Shown: positions 41,191 through 56,223 of the stretch, one piece after another
Layout of the letters: each line of letters opens with the position of its first letter
Position numbering within the stretch: position 1 is the first letter of the stretch
Assembly: GCA_964016885.1 (NCBI GenBank)
Contig: OZ024745.1
Location: forward strand, 133,610,001 to 133,674,000
From: Eledone cirrhosa
Taxonomy: Eukaryota
Reading direction: 5' to 3'
Length of the DNA: 64,000 nucleotides
Program-made: the position numbers and the translations under genes
The notes under the pieces: model-generated
The model's input: only the letters and a program-made list of their open reading frames with translations
What the model was told of the DNA's origin: nothing
Database searches by the model: none

Positions 41191-42099
41191 CAGGGTAAAT
41201 ATGTGTATGTAGGTATATATAGTTGCATGTGTGTGTGTGTATATATATATATGTAGGTATGGATGTATATATGATTGTAAATGTGTATCTATATAAGTAT
41301 GTAGGTGTGGGTGTATATATGTACGTCCGTTTGTAGGTATGTTTGTCTATATGATTGTATATGTGTGTATGTATGTAGATATGTAAGTAGGTACGTGTGT
41401 ATGTAAGTATGAATGTAAGTGTATATGTAGGTAGGAATGACTGTTTGTTAGTGTATATATATCAAGCGAATTTGAAACCAACATTGCGTGCTTCTTTGAC
41501 AGAAAATGACTGGTTTAAACGAAATATATATAGATTCCATTAACTTCGTTTTTCTATTTCAGACAAAGATTTCAAGAGTAGGAAATTTATTGGGTTTTTT
41601 ATTTTGTTTTTCTTTTTTCGTAGGGGGGATGGGATAATGTTCCAAATTCTTTGTGGGTATTCTATAGTGTTTTATTGTTTTTTCTTGTTGTTGCTTTTCT
41701 TTTAAACTAACGTGTATGAGACGTATGATCACATAGAAAAGGGATGAAGAACAAGGTCAAGTTGATCGAACCCCTTCACATAATTGCAGATTATATTGGG
41801 GGGACATAAGAATTGACTTCCAATAAAATAAAATATATGACTTCTGATGAACATGTGCATCCATATTTTAGCATTTATTATATTCTCAACAAAACGTTAT
41901 CCATCGATCCCATACTCCTGCAGAACCTTCTTCAAAAGAAAAAAAAATCGTGGGACGCAGTCCCCACCTTTTCGGGGTCTAAGAAACAAGCATCTGTTGG
42001 CAATACTCCCTCGATTTTTCACCGACTTGCCGCAGTGTTAATATTTTGTCGTCTGTGATGCGTCGGAGGTGAAACCCACACTTTCCATCAGCTAATTTG

Positions 42100-42375
42100 G
42101 ACTCGACAATCCCCCTAAATCTATTTGCCAGATACTTACCGTAGACGGGGGGATTACCAATGTCTCTTGTCTCCCTTTTTGAACATTGGGATTATCAGTC
42201 CATACTGCCATCGCTTAGGAGCGTTTCCTGAGATCCAGACCAACCGGTACACACGACCTAGCCAGATACCTTTTCTATTATATGCTTTTAACATCTCTGA
42301 CCGAATATCATCCTTCCTAGAGGCCTTGCCACATTTGAAATATTTAATTGCTCAGGTGACCTCAGCCTCTGAGAG
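42100..42375 (-). mobile_element. APE-type LINE (RTE-like) RT fragment, decayed
   Basis: Minus strand AIKYFKCGKASRKDDIRSEMLKA..GIWL..VWISGNAPKRWQYGLIIPMFKKGDK. Confidence 0.7.
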
Positions 42376-43500
42376 GTTACTCTTCGCCCCTAAATATGTA
42401 CATGTAAACATATCATCCGCTTTAATTCTTAATTGTCATAAGGTTATATGGAAAAAGGGAATTCTTTTAAATCAATGAAATCTACACGAGAAATTGAAAT
42501 CGTTCATAGTAATAGGATAGAAGATACTTCGATGGTCTGGGTAGAGCAGATATTTCTACGAATTGAGAGATCTCAGCTCCAATACTATGAGGTTAGAATG
42601 TCTCAGGAATGTCTCAACAGCGATGACGACGACGATGACAACAGAAGAAGAAGAAGAAGAAGAAGAAGAAGAAGAAGAAGAAGATACAAATTCCTTTCTG
42701 GGTATACGTTTTTAAATTGTCAAAATTAAGCATGATCTGCAATTTGAGATGGAGGATCGAAAGTTGAATTCGAAACAATATAGATATCTATGTGGGTTCA
42801 ACATTACCCCCAATAGATCCATATATTTAGAATTCCTTTCAATATAATCGATCTATATCAATCTACATGCGTGAACTAAGTCCTTTCCGAGCAATCTTAA
42901 AATTGTCCTCACAATAAATTTAAATTTAATTTCTTACTTTAAATTACAAATGAATGTGAGATTCGTTTAATGACATTATATAACACTAGCAGAAAAACCA
43001 CCCTTTGGTTGGTTTTTCTGCTAGCATGTGTAGTGTGTATATTGATATTATACGCAAGTATATATGCATGTGGATATGATCAAATAAAATCGTAATTGAC
43101 AATATACACATAAATTGAACGAAGACTGCGTCTTATGTAATCAGTAACGTAATCCATGATACATGAAAAAAAGACGATATTATATATAAACTGCATTAGG
43201 AGAAAATTAGTGACAGAAATATATGAATGTTTATTTAAGCAATCGCTAACCGGAAGTGTTACCATTTGAAAATTTTAAAGAAGTGAATCTTAAAATAAGC
43301 AACAAAATTATTTATATTTAATCAAGAATAACGACATTTGGTAGATAAATTATGTAATATTCATTCATTATTTATTCAAGGTAATCCAAATTATTTTACA
43401 AACGGGATAAAAAATTATATTCTGGACGCAGTCCTACACTCCTTACTTTATTATAGTTTAGATTGACGACGTACATTATGCCTGGCAAATTATTGTGGTT

Positions 43501-43588
43501 AGAGTTACAATGACATGGGGTACATAGAAGCGGGTGTATATATTAGAGTTACAATGACATGGGGTACATAGAAGCCGGTGTATATATT
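43501..43588. repeat. 44-bp tandem duplication
   Basis: agagttacaatgacatggggtacatagaagc(g/c)ggtgtatatatt x2. Confidence 0.9.
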
Positions 43589-43799
43589 AAAATATTAATG
43601 AAATACCAGTGTTCTACTTCACTTTCCGAATCTGCAGAATTCTTGTTTTATAAAAACATGTTTGACCAAAACAGGTTGACCATAACGAGTGAAACATATC
43701 AAATAATACCAAATTTAAATTATATAATTGATAAGGTTATAAAAAGCTTGGCAAAGCTACGCTATGTTCACGGTCCAGTTCACTTTAAATTTATGTACT

Positions 43800-43970
43800 G
43801 CTCAAACTATGTACTGCAGAGCAGTGATTTAAATGGATCAGTTCATCTTGCTAAAACTATGTACTACAGAGATTTAAATGGATCAGTTCACCTAACTAAA
43901 ACGATGTACTACAGTGATTTAAATGGATCAGTTCACCTTGCTAAAACTATGTACTGCAGAGCAGTGATTT
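43800..43970. repeat. ~45-bp short tandem array
   Basis: gatttaaatggatcagttca...aaaactatgtact x3. Confidence 0.85.
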
Positions 43971-45539
43971 ATTGATTCCTGCAACTGAATTCAACTCCTT
44001 CTAAAAAGAGGTAAATGTATTAGATCCACATATGCCCGAATATACTATTACTGAAGCCAATATTTCAATTTTCAGAGGGTTTTCTTAATCAAGTAGAATT
44101 GTGCATGTCAATAGTTGTGTTCGTATAGGTGTGTTTGTGGGGGGGGGGGTACTTGATTTAAGGTATTGATTTATTTAGGATTAACATGTATATTTTCATT
44201 ATTTTCAAAAAATAAAACGCATTACTGACCAGTAAGCCGCTGTAACATAGGTTTGATGAAGAATAATTTCAGGCATTGTGTAAATTCAATTAGACTTAAA
44301 TACTGTTTTAACGTGGTTTTCTACAATTAAGATTTTAAGTAAATTATATCAAGGTTTGATTTATCGGGCTGTGCCAATTCACGTTCTTACTGGTTAACAA
44401 CGTTAATGTAAATCTTAATGCTTCAACAAATACCACTTATTATGAGAAACATTAATTGCTTTTTCTCTCTATATCTACTGATTCTATCAAGAGTAAATTG
44501 TTATAAATTCGCAATCGTACACTGTTTCCAATGTAATTATTTCGTCTGGCTTTGGTTGAAATTTTAATGAGACAGGTTGGGGTGATGGCGCATGGCTCCA
44601 TTAAGGAATTGCTGAAGTATGTGTACGAGTTAATCCTCCTATCAACCTCTCTTGTGCAAACTAAATTATTTTCAAGCGATCTGCTTTTTTTGCCACGTAC
44701 AGGTGGTATATTATAGAAACTGTCAATACCAACCAACAAAATGTAAATCATTAGCAATCTAATGGTTATTTATAAGATAGTTCTACTACTAAAGAAGGGC
44801 AAATAAAGATTCATAAATCAATTGTTTTTATTGTATGTATCGATTAGGGTAAAGCTAAAGTAGATAAAGCAGACATTTGTTTTACTCCTATCATTCCCTC
44901 GAGAAACGACTATTGCTATGGCGACGCTATATATGCCATACAGAATATAGAAAATACTTGAAAAGGTTTAGTCTAAATTGCATCATCCGTATACGTTTGG
45001 AAATGGAATTAAACAAATAATGAATATTTATACTAGGACAATGTGTATATTTCACGATGTAGGGTCAAATTAATGTAGGTATATTTACCAGTGTTTAATT
45101 AGAAACCTTAGCCTACAAGAAGAGAATGAACTGTACAGAGAAAAACAAGGAATGATTCATGTGCCTGCATTTCAGCGAGTTTTGTCACCTCATCATTGAG
45201 TAACTAGCTCTATGGTTCACTCGGAATTAAATCAAATAGTTCAATATTTTACATTAAGATCATAAGACCAACCACCGAGTGAGTCTTCATTTAAATCTAG
45301 CCCCATATTTAGTTAAGGACATTCAACCATTGTGGCAAGCTTCATACGATAGAGAAATATATCCTACAATAAATAATATGAAATATCACAAAATTTACAA
45401 CCCAGTTAAGGAATGAGAGAAAGGCAAATGGATTAATCAAACATATACATTAATATCAGTAGCGGGAGATTTTTCCATTTGATAAAATCTTTCGTTCCTT
45501 CCGGATAAAAATATAGGAACTTTGGAACCGAATTCTCTC

Positions 45540-45660
45540 AAATTTAACTATACAGCACCAACAAATATCACTAACACGCCATTGTTTAATAATAATAATA
45601 AATTTAACTATACAGCACTAACAAATATCGCTAACACGCCATAGTTTAGTAATAATAATA
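45540..45660. repeat. 60-bp tandem duplication
   Basis: aatttaactatacagcac.. at 45541 and 45601. Confidence 0.9.
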
Positions 45661-47027
45661 ACGAACACTTCCTATGTTTCAGAATCCAGAAATCAATAAC
45701 ACCATATATTACATTTGCCATTCATTTAACACAGTTTACGGAGATTTTCAAGAAAAATCAGTAATCTGTGTAGCTAACGACAGCTATGTACCACTCGTTT
45801 CTTATTTCACTATCTCTCAATTGGATGTGACTAGCAGTTCAGGTCACGAATGATGTTAATAACACAGCTGAAAGTTCATTTTAGATCATGATATATACTT
45901 AAGAAGTCATTTCTTTGGCAGTAGATACACACAAATTGGAATGATAAGCTGAAGAGTTATACCTAAGTATACCTAAGAAGTCAGCAGCTTTTATATGGTG
46001 TGCAATTTCCCTTGTAAATTTAAATCCCTACGCACAAATCTAAAGATTCGTGGTTTTACAGTGGCTATGAGAGATATAAACTGACAACTCAACTGTATTG
46101 TTTACGGTTGAAATATTAATGCAGTAAGATAAATATGCATTATATTTGTTTTATGGCGGGTTTACCTACTTCCCCACTTAACTTATGACGGACATCTTAT
46201 AGTATTTGTTGTGTAGTCTGGGACCAAATTTAATCAAGCAAGACCATGGCACTTAAATTATCTGTTAAATAACTAGGTGTGATCTATAGATCTATAACGC
46301 CATTTCCCTGGCTAGGGAAGGACAATATGATACACCAATGGACTGCAAGTCAGAATGTATGTGGTACAGTGCCCTTAGCTGGCTACATCCAGTCTGTTTC
46401 TTTATAACTGTAGGGCGATAAACATGAGACGGTCCGGCAATAAGAAATCGTTTCCAATGCAATAACAACTGTACCCCTGCACTTATTATTGGGGTATAAC
46501 ATCTAAATATTGCTGTTTTTGTCTCTCTGTAGTTTTGTTTGTTTGAACTGATTGTTATAGCTAATGATCGTATGTTGTATTATACTATTAATATTAAATA
46601 TGATTTTGCAAATAGTGACGGATGAAACTTACTACCATAAAGAAAGAAACTGCACCCGTAGTCTCTCTCCGTAGTATTTCAGATTTGCACTATGCTATTC
46701 AACTTGCTAAAAACGAGAAGGTAAATTCTCTTTCGATAGTAATACAGTGCATAACTAATTATAGGATATAATAGACCAGAAAGGAAGATGTTTTTTTCAC
46801 AGCTTGAAAGTTAGTCAGACGACAAATTTCCGCCGCAGATCATGGCAGCTGAACATAAAATAAATATATGGATAATTAGTACCAGGTAGACTTGGTGGGT
46901 TTGCCACATATGCAAATACTTAGAAACGACAATCTGTTGTTTACTAACTACTAACAAATATCTGTAGAAACAGAATGCCTTGCTAACGCGTGAATGTTTG
47001 TGTCTATATCGCAGTAAACAGCATATT

Positions 47028-47080
<53 letters not shown>

Positions 47081-47128
47081 ATACTTGGGGAGGGTCATAT
47101 ATATATATATTGTCATACTTGGGGAGGG

Positions 47129-47161
<33 letters not shown>

Positions 47162-48501
47162 TAGTAATTAATTTATGGGGTCCTGTGCTTTGAAACGAGA
47201 TCTACAGAATTGATGGCTATTTTCCTTTCAAAATTGACATATTGTAACAGTTTGTACAGAGTCAACTTATACGTTATTCCAAACGACTGACCAGATTTCG
47301 ATGATATTGTTCAGTATATCACACTAGTCTAATTTGATAGAATAGATTTTTCTGAACAGAAGCACGTAAAGTCGTGTTCCTTTCTTGTTTATTGTAATTG
47401 CTTTCATTTGCTCTGAAGATTTTGTTTGACTTTCCTGATACAAAGAGTGTAATAATTACATTGATGCTGTTAATGTTATTTACAAAAGAACATGATGCCT
47501 GACGTTGTTAAACACGACTTAGGTATCAAGTTTTAGTGGCGAGGAGACGAGCTGAAATATAATGAGGCTTGACGTTCAAACGCTTTATTTCTTGGTGAAG
47601 GAAGTTCGATCTCCTAGAGGAGGATTGTTAATTCCTTGATAGCTAGACTTAAAAACTGATTAAATAGGGTAACGAAGTAGTAAAACCGATATTGCCATTT
47701 AATCAAACGTCTGTAAATGTCAAGTATTCTAATGTTAATGTGTCTGTGAGAAAGAGAGAGAGAGAGGGGGGGGACAGTTACTGTTCTTTAATTCATTTCA
47801 GCCATATTGGAAGACTGCTTTCGTATAATATATACTTACAGGAGCAGGCACCACTGCTTAATTCAGAAGTTCGCTTCGTAATGACGTAATTTTGTATTTG
47901 ATCCAACTGCACGATAAACTAATGAAATGTCTTTTACTATAGCCTTGGGTCATGATTTTCCTTCTAAATAAAATGTGAGAGAAAGAAATTGTGCACAAGC
48001 CCACGAAGACATCAATCCTGTTTTTGTTGGGTAGATGTGGTCTGTTTCGTAGTTTAGTAGACACAAGTTACCCATTTCTTTATACTATGTTTCAAGTATT
48101 GAAGACTGTTGTTCAGTTTGATGATAAATATCACCTTCCTTCTCCTCAAAAGAAAAACGCTCTGAAACCGATCATTAGACATGTCCAATCACTCTTAATA
48201 ACATATTCAATAACATATTCTAAAATCACTCATACAATAACATATTCTAAAAAATACATGTATATGTGGGAAAAACGTATTTCTAAATTCTTTACCTGCA
48301 ACAGCGGGTTTGTATTTCCATAATGTGAATCTATATTTAGACACATATTTTTCTCTCTGCTATTTCTCTGTATCTCTCTCCACCTCTCTCTCTCCCTCCC
48401 TCTCTCTCCCTCTCTCTCCCCTTCTCTCTCCCTTTATCTCGCTCACTGTATATAAATATGTGTATATGTATGAATGTAAATACACACACACTTAGAAAAT
48501 T

Positions 48502-48822
48502 ACACAACTAGTTAGGAAATTACAAGTACAATCAATTAATGGAACAGTAAAAATATATAAAACATTCGAAAATTTCTGCATCTAATAACTGCATATACAT
48601 ATGTACAGATACAAAGCATATGCACATGCACACATACAACTCAAAACATACAGATCCACACATACAATAACATCCATACCTACACATGCATACATGCAGA
48701 TATGCAGACATAATCTACCTAGTTGATGTTGTGTAAATTCCAATGAGAGAGTCTTGTAACTATGTTAGAAACCGACTCTCTCTCTATTGGTCAAAATTTG
48801 TGAAATTATAAAACCAGAAGAA
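48502..48822 (+). mobile_element. 5'-truncated R4/Dong-type LINE 3' end followed by (CATA)n
   Basis: Matches 23400-23722. Confidence 0.88.
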
Positions 48823-49829
48823 TACATACATACATACATACATACATACATAGATGCAACAGGCATACATACATACATACATACATAGATGCAACATGCA
48901 TACATACATACATACATACATACATACATACATACATACATACATACATACATACATACATACATACATACATACTCGAATGTTGTGATCAAATTGTGTT
49001 TGAGCGAATATTTTAAATGATAACTGTGTGAAAAAGACTATAGTAGCCAGAGGATGTGATTTTGGATGAAAGAGCAAAACGTTAGTTAATATAATGGGAT
49101 ATAATGAAACCGACGGTAGAGCACAGGGGATGTAATTTGTACTGAAGTCCTCCAACGACAGATACCATGGAACTGTGTAGCGAGACAATCAGTTACTCTA
49201 ATGCTGTATGTATAAGTGCAAATATTTTCCATAACCTAGTGGTTTAACAAATGGGGATCGATACCAGACTAGAATACATACGAGCCGATATTACTAAACA
49301 CGTAAAGGAATCCAGATGAATTCCAGTTTAAAAATTGAAACCAGTAAAAGAATAAACAAATAAAATAAAATCTTAAACGAATACAATCCGAGACATTTAA
49401 TAATCAGTAAATGTGAATTCATAAAACACCAGAGGTAATAAATGCAATTTCTTATTGCATAATGTTTTCATATCATTGCATTTAATTTTATAGTTTTTCT
49501 TCTCGATTTTCCATTAGAATCACAACTTTTCTAAACACAAACATCAAAGCATTTTAATCATAGACTACAGATCACTGATTGCAGGACAATATTAGTTTGA
49601 AATACATTGCCATTGGTAACATTTTCAATTTGCAGTACTTCAAATATTTCGTCAATGACTATCTAATTTAATTTCGAAGTCTAAGGTGAAATAAAAGAAG
49701 TGAAAACAAATCTCGATAAGAGAAATGTAAAACCAAATATCATCAAAATTGATGGAAACTAGTAATTGACTTTCGCGTAGTTGACCTTCGTTTTGTCCAT
49801 TAATGTATGTATGTATATATATATATACG

Positions 49830-49909
<80 letters not shown>

Positions 49910-49960
49910 ACTAAATAATCATATATATACGTATACACATACACACATATATATATGTAT

Positions 49961-50009
<49 letters not shown>

Positions 50010-50141
50010 AAAGTTCTATTTAAATTGTTGGGATACAACAAGCAAATATTGTTATAACTGATATAAAGCACTCAACAAATATTTGGAGTAAAAATACGAT
50101 ATTAACAAATGGAAACTATATTTATAAAACCATATTTATTT

Positions 50142-50199
50142 CATTATACATATTTCAAGGACACCAAGTTAAATTATGGTGTGCTTTCATCAGATAAAA
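50142..50199 (-). ncRNA. Type I hammerhead in the PLE 3' UTR
   Basis: ttttat-CTGATGA-aagcacacca taatttaact tggtgtcctt-GAAA-tatg-TA-taatg; stem II covaries with the 17.6-kb copy. Confidence 0.7.
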
Positions 50200-51681
50200 T
50201 ATAATATAGATCAGTTTTATAAATAAATATTGATATACCCTTAAAGAATGCAACCATTGCTGTTGGAAGCTCCCGGATAGTGGAGTTGTAGCTTTAATTA
50301 TATTGGATATTTTTATTTTTAAAATAAGCCGTTGGGTTACGGAGAAAGAGAAAGATATAGAAGGAGAGAGAAAGAAAGAGAGAGAGAAAAAAGAGAGAAA
50401 GACCAGAACAACAGAGAGAGAAAGATAGAGAGAGAGGGGGGAGACAGAGAAAAGGGGAGAGAACGAAAAACTCTAAGTCATATCTTGTTGAGTTAACTTA
50501 ACAATTGAGATGAAATGAATAAATAAAATTAGAAATGTTAATAATCATGAATGGGATATACATATATAATATGAGAAATTTAACCATTGTTTAAATATGA
50601 TTAGATGTTTAGTTAATCATTTAAATATTGAGATCAATTTGGGATCTATATATTAAGAAATCCATATATTATTAAAGATCTATATATTATATAACACGTA
50701 TACACACGCAAAAAATACATACATATAAATATATATACACACTTATAAAATACATATACATATATAATTACGTATATAATATATACACTCAAAACATAAA
50801 GGATTCTTTAATTTAATTTAAGATATAGGAATCTTATAAAATGTTATAATTGTTAAGATATCAAAGGAAATTTTATGTTATACACACTTTGTTATTAAAC
50901 AAATTTTTTTTTAATATAAGTTTTATAAGATTACCTATTATGTATTTATGGCTGTTATTATATGTCTATCTGTCACGAATCTTGGCATAATCTCTATACA
51001 TAAGTGCAATCGAATTGTATGGATATACACGAACATGTACATACACAATTCCCACATATACATACATATATGTACCCTCAACAAATAGGTAGATACGCAT
51101 CTCGTATACATATACATACAGATAGACATACACGCATAAAACATATGTACATGTATGTCAATACACACATATACATATATACACACATATAGAGAGAAGT
51201 ATATATAAATACATTACGTAGTATAATTGAGTACATAAATACAAAAGAATTATATTACAATTTGGAAATATAATTATAAGTAATATAACTTTAAAAACAA
51301 TATAATTTTAAAATATTATAGAATATTTTAAGTTATAATTTCAAAATAATAGTATGTTTAATAGTATAGAAATTTTCTACGTATATTTAACTTAAGTTTA
51401 TATCCATAAGAGAAATAAACAGAAACTTTGAAAGGATAAACTTTCGAAAATAGGAGAAGCTATCAAACAATAAAAGCAATAAAAAATTAAAAAATATAAG
51501 AAATATTTTCTCCTTTCAAGAGCTCTCAATATATTTCTCTAGAATAGTTTATTATATTTATTTATATTTAGGAAGAAAAGTTATTTTTACTTGAGTGTAT
51601 AATCAGTCAAAAAAGATGAAGGAATCTAATGATTTATCGACAGGTTCAATATATTAATAAAATTAATTAATTAATTATATA

Positions 51682-53130
51682 TTACATTTTAAATTTATAT
51701 TTATATTTAAACGTTGAGTTTAATCTATGTTTGCAGCAACTGAATAAATTATTTCTTAAGTTCAGGGAATTTTTGGTCTTTAATATAAAGAATATTTCCT
51801 CTATACAAAGATCACAATTTTCTGAAGAGGAGTTAAAAGGAGTAGCTTTTGAAATAATATTCCAAATCAACGAATATTCAACGTTCTTTAGTTTTAGGTC
51901 CCATAATAGGCTAGATAGAGAAGTTGATTTTTTGTTTGGATCTGTAAAAGAATTTTTATGATTATTGAAGCGGGATTTAAACTCTGTGGAAGTGGATCCC
52001 ACATAATTAAATGAATTTAAATTAGTTTTTACATTACAATTATATACTGTATTTTTAGCTAAGCACAGTTAGATTTATTTCTACAGTTACATTTATCAAA
52101 TTGGATATTGCTTGGGTTATTAGTGGTATTTTGGTTAGGTTTTAAATTTATATTATTAATTTTATTAATATTTTGCGCTAAATTTTTGGTGGAAGAATAA
52201 GTTAATTTTATAGTATGTCTATTAAAAATTGAGTAATATCTATGTGTTCTAGGGAAGCATTTGTCAAGAGCTTTAAAAAAAGTTTAGCAATAGGGGTTTT
52301 AATATTTAATGAGAAAGGAGGAGCGAACCATAATATGTTCCTAGTTCTATTTCTTTTTCGGCTTTCGGAATTAATGTAAGGTTTTCTATTATAGTTGTTA
52401 AAATTGTTACCATAGTTAAAATTGTTACGATTATGGTTAGTTGTTATATTATTATTATTATCGATGTATTTAATTTTATTTCTATACCCAGCTCTACCTA
52501 ACGCTTCGTTGTAATAATGTGTTTTTTCATCAAATATATTCTTACTTTTAGATTAAGGTAATTAAAAAATTGTATAATTTTTTTTCTTTTTCTATTTAGT
52601 TGACAGATATTATTTTCTATAAGTAAAAGCATGTCGTCGCGATATAAACCTCCGGTAATCTCAGGTATTTTTCTATGTAGAGAATTATTTATAAATAGGC
52701 CCACAAGATCCGTTACCTGAGCGGAATCGGATGATCCCATAGTTATATCGAAATTATTATTTCTATCTGCCCCAGTCCAGAGTTGGTTATTAAATTCTAT
52801 TAATGTTTTCCGTGACGATAATATAATGTGCATTTCATTGCTAGTTAGGTCTGTATGTTTAAATGCGTAAGTTAGTGCTTTATTCAGTAGATTAGGAATG
52901 ATAGATGAGTAATAGTTAGCAATATCCAACTGAATAAACTTATTATTATAGTTATATTTAATTTCTTTAAACCAATCGATAACTTCACTAGTTCCTTTCC
53001 ATAATTTTAAATAAGATAAATTCTTAATTTGTGGTATTATTCTGTCTAGAATATTTTTGCTAAGTCTGCCAAGGTCCGATTTAGATGGTGCAATTAATCT
53101 GACTGGTAAATCAGTTTCGAAGTTCCTTTT
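51682..53130 (-). pseudogene. Disrupted PLE RT + GIY-YIG endonuclease ORF
   Basis: ORF pieces 52498-52929 and 51682-52002; frameshifts; apparent deletion of late RT/thumb near 52535. Confidence 0.85.
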
Positions 53131-53135
53131 ATCTA

Positions 53136-53200
<65 letters not shown>

Positions 53201-55938
53201 GTGTGTGTAGACATATATATATGTGTGTATGTGTATACATATATATATGATTATTTAGTTCTCTCGCTCTCTCTCTATATATATATATATACATGCATAC
53301 ATACATATATATTCAGTTGAAAGTTGGTTGATCAAATAATCCTTTTCGTAAAAAGACGTAAAGCACTACACGTTTGTATTCCTTATGATTTTCTTTCTAA
53401 GGTATCAACAGCCGTTTCAATATAATAAGAGAGACAGTTTTATTCGTACACCTTTATTTTATTATCTAATTCCATTATACGTATTTCAAAGATGCAAGGG
53501 TTGTCATATAATAACCCCTAGCATGTTTACTTCAAATGGAGTGAGATGTATTTTCCTATCCATTGATATGTTACTGGTTTAATACGTTAACATCGTTGTC
53601 CAGTACTCATATGAATAATGTTGCTATTATAGCAGTTCTATTTGAAGTGGGAGACAGTATTGTTGCTGGTGTTAGTGACTGAAAGGAACCTATGGTATCA
53701 AATTACCAGAGAGGACATTTATTTCTTAGAATGGCTGGAAAGCACTATTAATTTGTTTCTTATTTCTGGACTTAAATCTATGTACTTGTATTTGTATCGT
53801 AGGTATTAATAATTTGATAATGGAGTTACAGTGTAGCTATGTATTTATGTATGGTTAATTGGTTTAAGGTCTATTTTATATTACTGATGGAAGCGTTAAC
53901 TATATATTCTGTGTGGAGCGGAGTTGGGTAAACAAGAGAATTTGGTTCGAAGAGAATGGTAAAGGACGGAAGAAGTTGGTGAGAAATGACGTTAAAGACC
54001 TGTACAGAATCATAACAAACTGACAACAGCAATAAGGGGTTCAGGTATTCCAATGGTGAAGGGTTGAACATTGGTAATGAGTGAGGAATGACCAGCCAGG
54101 TAGGTGAAATATTTCCATGATGAACTGGATATGGCGGAGCTGAACGTCTTTCATTTTAGCCAGGCTTGGATCACCTGCAGATGGTAACTGGGGGCAACGT
54201 CAAAGGAACTGGTCACGTGAAGAAAAGATTAGTGTAAGGAACAGATTAATCTTATAAAAGATGACATCGTTTAATATTTGCCTCAACTAAGACTGAAACT
54301 ATTAGTGTAAATAGTTATTGTCGAAAGACCTATATTAGATAACTGCTTCGTAGTCTTTCATATTTAACTACAAATTCTACCGGGAGTACAGTATAGATAT
54401 GTCTGGCTCTACAACACGATTCATGAAAATTGGATATTCACTACAACATATTCTAGAAAATCACCTGCAGTGAAAAAAAATGAAAGTAAAATACACGAAG
54501 GTCTAATTACACGTTATGTATATCATGGATTTCCGTGTTTTGTTATATTGTAAACTAAATATTTTCCTAAATAAGTTTGTTGATGAATAATAATAAAGTT
54601 AAGATTATTTTTCATGTTATCTAAATAGTTCTGAGAAAGAATATTATTTATCTTACATTTACTCTTAAGTGATATCAACATTTAATGCTATGTTCGGGTT
54701 TGTTATTAATACTGCCGGGAAAGTAATTTACGTAAATGTACGGCTGTTTATTTCTATTAATTTGTAGCATATTTACTATATGGTTTCATTATCTATAACA
54801 ATATTAGTCACTAGATATTTTGTATCACTAACTGATGATATGATCAAATTATATTTTGAACATCTGGAAATATATTTTCCAATTAGTTCTGTCTAGTGTT
54901 ATATAATAGAGATACGTTTCAGGTGAGCTTATTTCGCAGCATGATTACCATTTCAATGTATATACAATTGCTAACCGCTTATAACATCGAAGATGACTTG
55001 AACATCTCATTTATCGTTATTTTTATAATTATACCTTACAATTCTGAAAGGCCACAAGTACATACTTGGTACTTATTTATCGACCTGTAATAATAGAATC
55101 CAAAGTCGATCTCGATTACATTTGAAATGAAGATATGGATGAACGGACATACTGTAAGGAACATAGTCCAACTCTCATTCACCCATTTCTGAAGCTCTTT
55201 CCTTTCGTCCACATTTTATAGACATTTGTTCTTCTCAAAGAAAAGTAATCTGTATCAATAACAATTATAATTAACTGTCTTTACTGTGCTCCAATAATAC
55301 CGATGTCTCTCTTAAGCATAATGCCAATTATGTCAGAGAATAATCGAATGGCGCTAGTTATACTTCTATTCAGCATGAAATAAAATTTATAATCAATAAA
55401 CTAAGACACCAAATGTGACACTATATAACAGTGAAACCCATAATATGAAATTTGCGCTAATATGAATGCAGTAATAAATTGTAGTAATATAATTCAAATA
55501 GAGTATTGGTAGCCAGGTGAATAGAGTAGTGAACTACTAGTCTACATCTCACAGGTTCTTATCCTTTAACGGTACGCTCCCCAGTTTAAGTAATTAATAC
55601 AGAGAAATCCATGTTAAACCTCCAAAACTTAACAGTGCAATACATTTGTTACCAAAAGAAGTATTGGGGCAGTGGGTTACAATCTATCTCAGTAAAACCA
55701 ACTGCATTCCATGAAGTGAAGGCATTTGTAAGTATGTCTCACCGAATAACAGGACTACCATCCACGGGGAGTAAGACGAATTTTCACAGCACTTTGGTTT
55801 CCAGTTAGGTTTTTCTAACAACACTTGAGATTAACGTCAGGCTTTTTCATCGCCGTTACAATTAAAATGTGTAAGATTCTATTAAGGAAGTAAGAATTTA
55901 TACATATATATATATATGGTGTTTGTGTGTGTGTGTGT

Positions 55939-55998
<60 letters not shown>

Positions 55999-56165
55999 TT
56001 ATGTGGGGGTGTAGGTATATATATGTCCATTACGAGCTGAGGATCCGCTAAGGTGAAACAATTGTTCTCGGTATGGTGAACTAACTGTTGTGTAACCACT
56101 TCTACTTAACTCGTACCATAGACTGAGTGCTCTACCACTACGGATATTACCTTCCAGTGTTCTAC

Positions 56166-56223
<58 letters not shown>

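Larger units (their letters stand above)
50007..53130 (-). mobile_element. Penelope-like element, Naiad-type, 5'-truncated, inserted in (TA)n
   Basis: RT motifs [47 protein letters not shown]; linker RNILWFAPPFS..IFNRHTIKLTYSS; GIY-YIG TVY..YVGST..FKSRFNNH..CDLCIEE..LNLR..CKHR; ~1.7-kb 3' UTR with hammerhead. Confidence 0.92.

Noticed and set aside
46638-46706. Minus-strand exon-like segment with acceptor and gtaagt donor
   Set aside because: Stops in all three frames and no companion exons; cannot be supported without RNA data.
51682-52110. Selenocysteine recoding, reported for some Naiad elements
   Set aside because: The visible Cys positions use TGT/TGC, with no in-frame TGA at conserved Cys, and I could not identify a SECIS by eye.
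53900-54220. Possible Gypsy pol remnant
   Set aside because: Similarity too weak to call by eye.
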